Part shown: positions 54,616 through 64,000 of the stretch, in pieces | Numbering within the stretch: the stretch's first letter is position 1 | How the letters are laid out: each line of letters begins with the position of its first letter | Assembly (NCBI RefSeq): GCF_000150275.1 | Contig: NW_002060969.1 | Location: forward strand, 372,001-436,000 | Direction: 5' to 3' | DNA from: Trichoplax adhaerens | Lineage: Eukaryota; Animalia; Placozoa | DNA length: 64,000 nucleotides | Notes under the pieces: generated by a model | Databases searched by the model: none | What the model was told of the DNA's origin: nothing | The model's input: only the letters and a program-made list of their open reading frames with translations | Made by a program: the position numbers and the translations under genes

Positions 54616-57600
54616 ATGGTAGATTACAGTAAATGGGACAACATCGAGGTAAATGACGATTTAAATTTAAAGCACAGAGCAACGTGCTAATATCAAATGA
54701 ATTTCGTTGAGTTATTCTAGAACCTTCTTACCTGTTCGTTACGTGCTAAGTGTGCGTATGAAAGCTGATGTTGCTTTGACAGACAGTATTCAAATTAGTC
54801 AGCATTTCAGAAATGTAATTGCTGATTTATAAAGTAACGAATAAAACTTGTACGAAAAACGTGGAATTATCACGTTACTAGTCAAATTTTAATAATTTAG
54901 TTGCCAAGTGCTAAGTTAACTCATGGTTAATTTGTATGTCTTGATCTTCAAGTTTAACTTTCCAGTATGCAAGCACTGTACTCGTATTTCAATTTTGTAT
55001 TCATGATGAATACCGATTTTCCTTCTTTGCCTGGATACGAGTTCCTATAATGCTGTACTGTACAGTGTATAGTCATGTACAAATGTGATGACTTATTCCA
55101 GACAGTACATTTACTTGTTACGCCTTTTCTTGATTCTACGATGGCCCATGAGGATTACCTGCTATCTTATACAAGATATGCTGCTGTACAGGATTGTTAT
55201 AGCACTCATAAGTTGTATATCGTGGAGCGATCTTGTAGATTGCTACAACAATCCTGTACAGCAGCATATCTTCTATGAGATAGCAGGTAACCCTCATGGG
55301 CCATCGTATTCGATACTGTGTTTTTCCGACATAAATCTGAACTTTGAGTATTTTCTTGGTTATATGTACTAGATTAGTGATGATGAAGATGATACTCATC
55401 CTAATATCGACACTGCTAGTCTTTTCCGTTGGCGTCACCAAGCAAGATTGCAACGAATGGAAGAAGCAAAAAGTGAAAAAGATGAATATCGTCAACAACG
55501 AGAAAAGTTAGTAGTACCTGAATTATTATAGACCGATATCTCTTTTTACTGGTTCTATTTTTGGAATGTACTACGAAATATTTATCTATGTGCAGTTTAA
55601 TATGCTAACAATGACAGCTACTATGAGAACCTAAACATTGGGTATACTGATAATAGCCTTGTTCTCAATGTCCAAACTTTACAGATGTGAAGCCAATTTA
55701 AGAGCAACAGAAACTAAAATTTATCAGGTACTGCTACTGTACAGTATATCTGCGTAGCTAATATGGTATACAGTATAATAAATAAACAATAAAGGTAATT
55801 AGCTTATATAACAAACTGATAAAATGCTTCAATATTGATTTAATTTCTCAACGAAAGTACTCCATGTTGTTAGATTTCTTTGTTTCGACAATCATTAATG
55901 CCGATTATTTTAAACTCTACCTTTATACTATACTATGGTAGTGCATAGTACATCTACTTGTCATCAGCTCTAGTTACCACTCAGATATGTCATTGCATAG
56001 TCATACCATACCTTTAGCACGCAACTTAACAAATACACAATGGTCGTGATCACTTAGTTGTTATCAGGTAACGTTAAAATTGCATTTCTAAGAGCATTAT
56101 GATATATAGTATCAATTTAGAAATTCTTAACAATTGTGCATAAAGTATGATAATTAAGAATGTCTAATATATGCCGCACAATTTGGACAGATATAACGCT
56201 GCGATCTCTTTACGTAACTGACTTTGACTACTATTGATATGGTTACCACATAGATACAACTGTGCGTTAGGTCAATGTGGCTACAGCTTTGTTAAGACTT
56301 ACGAGAAACTAATATACAGTATTAAACTTGATAACTAATCATAACATATACCTGTATATTATGTTACAATGCTGCAATACTATATACAGCTCGAACAGAC
56401 GAAAGAAAAGGATACCACTGAATTGAATCATTACAAGACTCGATTATCAGAATTATTGGAGGAAGTAAGCTTACTTTCAGTTACACTACGTTGATTATAA
56501 TAGCATCATAGTGGAATATTGACGATAATTACTGTATCATGGTTAATAGCAATTAGCAGAGATCAATTTAAAATAGTATTTGATACTAAAGACCACTTTT
56601 GATCTGATAATTTTACTCCATCACTCTAGATAAACCAACTCGAAGAAAAACGAAAAGAATTAGAAAGAAAAGAAATAGTATGCTAAGAATCTTTTCTACA
56701 TCTAGTTGTCCAATAACAATATACACTTATATAATCAAGTTTACTACAGCTCGTTGGTATTACGATGCAGTTATAGTTTCTCACATTCGCTTCCTGATCC
56801 TTATATGGAAATTTCTAGTTATCAAAATGAGCTCATATGTTATTATAATATTTACTCACCTGATTTACTATGGAATTCACCAACTTATAAGCCATTTATT
56901 CTCAACTATCAACTGTGATTTATACATTGCAACACTTATGTTATCTTATTAAACTTGATATTTAAAATTCGAAACAGAAAACACCTTGGAACGTGGACAC
57001 ATTAAGCCGCGAAGGCTTTAAGAAAACGGTAATAATATTTACGATACTGATAGCAAATAAATAAAGCATCACTCAATTTATCCAGACTAAGACTTATTGC
57101 ACTGCACTTTGCATTTATCGAACTTTTATCCAAGATTATCAATAAGCCAAACCAAGAACAGGAAGGAAGTACAGAGCAATTATCAGATGAAGACAAGTCT
57201 AAATTATGGGTTAGTTAAAAAACTAGATACTATTCAAAGTGACTATTGGTTGTGCATCTATTGACAGAAGATCAGCAGTAAAAATAAACGCATCTATTGC
57301 ATTCGCTTATAGGAAGACTTTATTAGTAAGCATCAAGTTAAATTAGAAAAATTTGCTGATATGGAAGCAAATTGGGACTCTACAAAAGGATATTTAACGG
57401 AGAACCCTGTCCTGTTATGCGAAGAAGCAGCTAATTTCTTAGCACTTTTGTGTATAGACTTAGAACTAGAAGAGGTGATGCTGTTGAAAGGCTCTCCATT
57501 CGGAATTTGATTAAATATGAATATATAATTGTAAATAAATTGAAATTTTTGGTTTGCTTTAAGGATAAAGAGAAACTTCACAAAGTTGCTTTTCATACAG

Positions 57601-58358
57601 TTACCATGCATTTCATTTTGGAACTGGCAAAGCAATTGAAGACGAATCCCCGAGCAACAGTAGAAGCATTTTTTAAACGGTGATTCAGTTAGGGTTAATA
57701 GAACCAAAGCACATTATTAGGATTACGGTATCAATACCTGTTATGTATTGGTGCTAAAACCAACAACTAAAAATTTATTATAGAATTCAAAAGGCTGATA
57801 AGCAATATCTAGATGCATTTTTTGATGAACTGAGATCGTTTAAGGATAGAGTGAAAGACCGTGCCCAAGCAAGAATTAAAAAAGCAGAAGAGGTACGAAA
57901 ACATTTTTTCCTTTCAATTCTGTATTTACTCGCTTTGATGATATATAAATTCCGTGATAAACGTACATTCGAAGTACTGGATTTATATCGTAGTAACTTG
58001 AGCTTCTTATTAAAGGAAGAAAGGCAAAAACGGTTAGGCCCTGGTGGTCTTGACCCTGCTGAAATTTTCGAATCTATGCCTACGGTGCGTACGTATATGA
58101 TGAGCACAATTATGAGTACCTCTTATCTTAGTGTGCCTATTTTTGCCGTTGGTTGTTTATAACTTTCGACAGGAATTACAAGAGTGTTTCGAATCTAAAG
58201 ACATTCCAAAGTTGCAGGCAGTACTAAGCGCAATGCCAAAAGAGGAAGCCGAAGATTGGTTGAATAAAGCTATTGCTTCTGGTTTATGGATACCCAACGC
58301 TGACGAAGGACGTGATGACATCGGAAATCACGGTACTCCAAACACCTCTGACCAATAA
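54616..58358 (+). CDS. CDC37: Hsp90 co-chaperone Cdc37, multi-exon
   Basis: [11 protein letters not shown]|[25 protein letters not shown]; PWNVDTLS; [17 protein letters not shown]; SGLWIPN; stop at 58358. Confidence 0.95.
55139..55306. mobile_element. 168 bp MITE with ~66 bp TIRs, in CDC37 intron 1
   Basis: cgatggcccatgaggattacctgctatcttatacaagatatgctgctgtacaggattgttatagca pairs with tgctacaacaatcctgtacagcagcatatcttctatgagatagcaggtaaccctcatgggccatcg (about 4 mismatches). TA on both flanks. Confidence 0.88.
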
Positions 58359-59331
58359 ATTTTTTCTTCTCCAGGATTAAGTCGTCTCTTTCAAACATAA
58401 TCTCATTACTTATATGGTAGCATAAGTAGCCTTACAAAAGAATGAATTGATTTAAATAGCTAATACTCTACAAATTAATAATTATGTGAACCCTGTTCCT
58501 TTTAGTTTATGCCTACTATTTATGCTTACTCCGTTTTAGGATGCATAAAACATGTAACATTACCGCAATCTAAGTTGATGTAATAAAAAACTTAACACGA
58601 TAACTATACCATCATTAGATCTACAGTTTAATTTCTTTCTTAGATTCTTAGCACTACAGTACCATTACTAAAACAAACATTACTGTATTGTGGTTCTATG
58701 GTTTATCTTACGTGAGTAAGTACTATCGTCGTCATAGCATCGCTCACATTCGTGCTGTACTTATTACATAAGCTAATATTACTGCTAACAATCTTTCTGT
58801 TTGCTTGTCATCATTTTTAAATATTATTGATCACGCTGTAGTGTATATGACTTCATTTGTGTAATAGTGAATGCAATGGCACTAGAATTTTACTGTAATG
58901 TACGTCATTCATAATGTCAAGGATTAATTCTAGTCAAAGTAATTTTTATCAAAATTTACCCCTAACACCATTATTACCGAAATCATTGATTTTATTTTAA
59001 CAATAGCAATTTACATACACGTAAATTTTCTTGTGCTTAGACAAGTCACAAGATGACCTAACTAAAGATCTTACTATACCGAGTCATCGGAAGACATAAA
59101 GTATAGCATTCTACGGGCTATTCTCATATACTACATAATGTAATCAGTCCTAGGCGATCAATGGCTACAGACATTACAGTTGCTGAAATATTGTGTATAA
59201 TTATTAATCAATCAACATGCATTCACCGCTACCGCTAGACATGTTACATTTGTAATAGTTCTGTGATATCCGATGTTGTTATTTATATTAATGTAGTTGT
59301 AGTATCAATTTACGTTGATTTATTCCAGATA

Positions 59332-62300
59332 TTAATTCAATTGAGAATTAATAGATGATGACGTTGTTGAAGGGATCCTAGGTCTTTCTTCCAGTTTGCT
59401 ATAGTCAACGTGAAATTCCTTCGCAACTTTACGCCAACTATGACAATCAAAGTAATGATAGGTGCCTCGCTCATATGTGTTGGTTTTAACCTGCGGATCT
59501 ACGCCAGGAGCTCTTGTGATCCATACCCTGTCGTCTTTATGAAAGCGCCATTCTCTATCATAACTTTAAGAGATAAAATAAATATAAATACGGTTATATG
59601 TTTGCATCCAATAATGCAATATTAGAAATTCAACTGATAGTATTAGCAACAGGCCTTACAGTTCATTGGCAGCAGCCAGTTGAATAAAATCACCACCAAA
59701 ATTATAATACAAATAAAATAACAAATCTTCATTATATCTATTCAATTTAATCGCTGCCAACTGACCATTCCACGAAAAATGAGAATATACGCAAGTTAAT
59801 TACAATTCACAACCGAGTCATAATTCATTGTAAAGTACCTTATCTCTTATATACATATTAGTCAAATATTCGGGTGGAACATTAAAATCTATTGACGTAT
59901 AGAAAGTCAAATTAGTAACCCATTTAGAAGGTCGATGCAAAACACATGTTTTTCATATTGTTTTAATTGTACTTCTAAACCTCATCTATGATAATAACAT
60001 TGTTCCACAAGTACATGTAGTATCCCATTAAGAAAAAGACTAAATACAATAACCGATTTATATCTTTGTGTACAGTAACGTATCAATGGAATTCGAATAT
60101 TATAACTCTAAGAAACGGCTGTAAGCTACTCGCTTATAATACATAGTCTACAAAGCTGAATATCTTGTTTTAGAGATTGTATAATTTTATCTACATTGGA
60201 TTGCAGTGACACAGACCAATATCTTGTGGTCGTCCTTGTGTTTCACTCCAGGGTGATGAGAAAGTATTGAAAAGATTCCTAAAAGAAAGTAAAATATATA
60301 ATAATTGGAATGACATCTATTGCAGGCTGTAATCTAAATTCATTAGAACGGTTCTCCAGTATTAGTGTCAAACTTACTCAGTAGAATTTAAATTGAGCCC
60401 TAAAGTTGTCAAGTCGCTACAAAATTGCAAAAATAAATTTATTACGTAAATTTTATGTAACACCAATCGGTGACGAAAGTACTGCCAATGTCACCAAGTA
60501 TCAATACGGGTAGCAAAACTGATATAAATTGTTAAAATACAAATTCATACATGATGATAGCAGTTCATACTTTCCTAAAGCTAATGCTACCAAATTAGGA
60601 TCACTTTCAGCGGCGCGAATGAAGGATAATAGCCCAAACATACCAAATTGATCCGTAACCATACCAGCTACAAAGATATATTTTGAGAATAATCGAAACC
60701 ATCCCAGAATAACCATAGATTTTAGAAATAAAGTATCGCCGACATAAAATAGCAATGCTACCTTTTAATCCGTTGTGATTTGACGGTTGTAAAATATGTT
60801 TAGAACCTTCAGCAGTAAATCTGCAGACACAAAGAAAAGGGTCTAGAAATCGCTTATAAGACAATCTCGAATAAGATCTTATACCTCGCAGTTATATCTT
60901 TAGTATTCGCCGTTGATTGATTTGCACCACTGGTACTTCGAGTTTCAGCTATTGAATAAATTAAAAATTTTGGCTTATTGCAAATGAAACACCTTCATCA
61001 GGTTTAGGTTAAAATAATATACTACTTCAATCAGTATCTCTTACTATTGAAAAAATTCGTTTGAGCTCCACCTGTTTGCTGCATTTTATGTATATAAGAA
61101 AGGAGTTATTTTATCAGTTAAAGTTATCATCAGAAATGAACGATCACTTGCTTAAGCTAAACTGTAATCTATTTCATAAATATTTGAGTAGCTATATATT
61201 CAGTAAAAGAAAATAAAAAGAAACCAACTTCGGCTAAACCTAAAGATAAAGCCTAATACCGTATGTGAACCATTCCCATGTTTACTTAAGAGACCGTCTT
61301 GCATATTAACTTCAACAGATGCTATGTATATGTAGTTTCAGAAATTAATAATGTTAATCATATTATCAGATACAGTACATTAAATAATTAAAGCCGCCTA
61401 AGACCTTGTTTATAACTAGAAGATAGAGCAGGAAAGTCTTCGTTATGTATGATGAATTCGGAACTTTGCTCTGATTTTGACATCATACCTTCAGTTAGGA
61501 AGCCAGTGAACTTTAAGAAAAACTATTATGAATCAATCGAGTTAAAACACTATTGTTACCATAGTTAGGTTTCAATTGATTAGAAACTGATTGCGTCATA
61601 GTAGCAGAATTGTTTTTTCTACCATCACCAGCGGACAATTCAGGAAATTCAGACATATCAAGGCTGTTCGATGATGAAGATATGTCCGCTCCTAAAATGT
61701 TATGCAGATTTCAAGAATTAAAATACCTTTGCAGTGAAACAAGATGAAGACTAAAAAATAACCGCTACTATTTACCAGCTGCAGCAGAATACGAAGTCAC
61801 CATAAAAGAAGAATTGATAGATGAAGAAGACCCTTGCAGCTTTATAAACATACAGAATTAGTTATAATGTTTTAGGAACGATAGATAATGTAAGCAAGCT
61901 GGTTACCGGGCCTCTAATAACTGAGAAATTGCTATTATTGGAAGAAAATGGCAACCTAAAGTTCAATAAAATTCGTAGTAATTGTTGAAATAATAATCTC
62001 ACCCTAAGTTAGAGTATTAATATAAAATAATATAACAAACCTGGCAGAAGGCTTAGAATGTTGTTGCAAAACGTGGCTAGAAGATATTTTAACACAAAAG
62101 TTTATTAAAAACAAAGAGTAGTATATTCACTAATAATTCAAAATAATAATTTAACACTTTAAAATTATATTAAAAAAGACCAACGTTCTCATACAGTGAT
62201 CCCCGCAATATGTCACTTAACTGACCTTCCAGGTGAACCAGATCCAACGCTTTGGCTACCAGTAGGAAGTTTAATTCCGCTACTCGATATCGCAGCATTC

Positions 62301-63012
62301 GTAGTCATAGTGCGGAAAGACTACATAGGTACATTAATAAGTTTATTTAATTTAATTAACGTGATTTGGACAAATACTATCCAAAACATTGTACATATAT
62401 CCTTCAATTAGAAAGTTCACCTGAGGACCAGCGCTACTTGTTGACATACTTTGCAAGACTGTTTCATAAATACGAGTCAAAGATTAGCGATAATTATATC
62501 ATGAAAGTAACAACCAACATCCTAATGTTTTTAACTTAGAAGCGACGCATTGTTATTACTTGACCTTGTGAAGTAGGATTAAAATTGCTACCTTGCTGTG
62601 AAAATGACGAATACAGTTGTCCGATCTGCGAAGGCGACTAATTTATTATGCCCACTATTAGATTAGTGTATTACAGAATAAAGATAGCTAACCATGTGCA
62701 GTAGCATTTTATGAAAAGGGAATGACAACTTACTTCTTCGCGGGAAGGCAAAGTAGCTGGATTTTTGTAAAGGCTTTGAAAAACAGATTCATCCTCTAAA
62801 TCTTCGTCTCTGTAAAACTATGAATAGGAAGAAGTAGATTATGATGCCTCTAACAGAATAATTTCAGATTGACATAAGCAACGTAGCTCAAGTATCGCTA
62901 AGATGATAATGGTTGACAATTATTCTCCTGGTCAGTAATATTTTCTGTAACTTCAATAACCATATTTACGATAAACAAGCGCGAACGATGTTTACGTTTC
63001 GTATGAATTCAT
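59332..63012 (-). CDS. CNOT2: CCR4-NOT subunit 2, multi-exon; 5' end tentative
   Basis: DQFGMFGLLSFIRAAESDPNLVALALG, DLTTLGLNLNS, DFNVPPEYLTN, EDLLFYLYY, WRFHKDDRVWITRAPG, YERGTYHYFD (NOT-box). Start ATG at 63012 is a best guess. Confidence 0.9.
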
Positions 63013-64000
63013 TTTTAAATTAATGAAGACAATAGTACGCATTTGGAAATCTTAATACCAGACATTCTACAGCACGAATATGCTAGTAATGATCAGAAAT
63101 CGCCGATATTTAATTGCCAGTACTGCTACGGTATATTAATTAGCGAATAAACTACAGTACTGTGTAAATGCTTTCATTAATCAAGGTTAAAGTGTATAGC
63201 AACTACTAAAGTAAATAATGATCGTAAAATAATAATAGTGATCTTAATATCCGTAAATGGGTAAAATACAAACAGTAATTTGCGTTTCTCATGTACTGTA
63301 CTATGTACATACATACCTATGTATGCAAAGCTATTGATGTGATATTACAGTGATATACAAAATTCTCACACCTAGACTAACACTTACGTATACTGTACTG
63401 TATGCGTAGAACATTTGAGTACCTACATTACGTATTATACAGATAAGAATAACTAAAAGAAAAAGGTAGACTCTTCTATCTACTGGATATCGTTAGCAAT
63501 AAATCTATGTAAATCGATGACTTTGTACAGATTGCAGAACGCAGTAAAATCCGTATAAAACTTGGCTAGGTACTGTACTGTATAATTAAAGCATGAATGG
63601 AAAACTTATTTCTTCGCACTTAAAAATATAATAGCAACTGGGTATCAATGTTATTCAAACGCATTAGTACTATTCTCAGAGTATCTAGTGTACCTCCTAT
63701 AGAAACTTATATTTTAATCCGTTCATCAGTGTTGTCGTTTAAGGCATTAATTCGTAATCAGTTAGTTACAGTATCGTGTAGTGGACTATATAACCCAAGG
63801 AACACTTGTCTTTCGCTAGCAAAAAAAATTAATGCTATACTGGAAGGTATAGTACACAGTACATGCACCAAAGTTACTAATTTTCAAACATAATTTACCA
63901 GTACATCTGCACAGACAGAACTTTTTAATAGTCCATGTCTTAACTAATTTTACTGCTGACTGAATTGACACAACGTCTGCTGAAGATAACTCAAATTTTT

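Noticed and set aside
55075-55498. Overlapping ORFs with mirrored sequences
   Set aside because: Artefact of the MITE inverted repeat plus the antisense strand of CDC37 exon 2.

Overview
AT-rich, gene-dense eukaryotic DNA with mostly short GT-AG introns, most likely from a placozoan (Trichoplax-like); the organism is inferred, not shown. I can support 14 spliced protein genes: WIP/verprolin (+), PWP1 (-), a LisH-WD40 protein (+), TOLLIP (-), PAH (+), DDX52 (-), PRPF38B (-), a Bak-like gene (+), TMEM19 (-), catalase (-), a secreted Cys-repeat/M15-type zinc peptidase (-), a Bcl-2-like gene (-), CDC37 (+) and CNOT2 (-). Non-coding features are two TA-flanked MITEs with related termini, a degenerate ~620 bp foldback element, a 6-copy ~27 bp tandem repeat, and many TA-CAG/TA-CTG arrays concentrated at gene 5' ends. 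Two leads stand out. (1) The arrays parse as stacked Tc1/mariner excision footprints (TA-CWG-TA, TA-TG-TA, TA-CCG-TA), which match the ends of a MITE sitting inside one array. (2) An intron-containing, secreted, bacterial-type peptidoglycan-peptidase-like gene. Exon boundaries were read by eye and may be off by a few bases. Most short ORFs in the supplied track are intronic or repeat noise.
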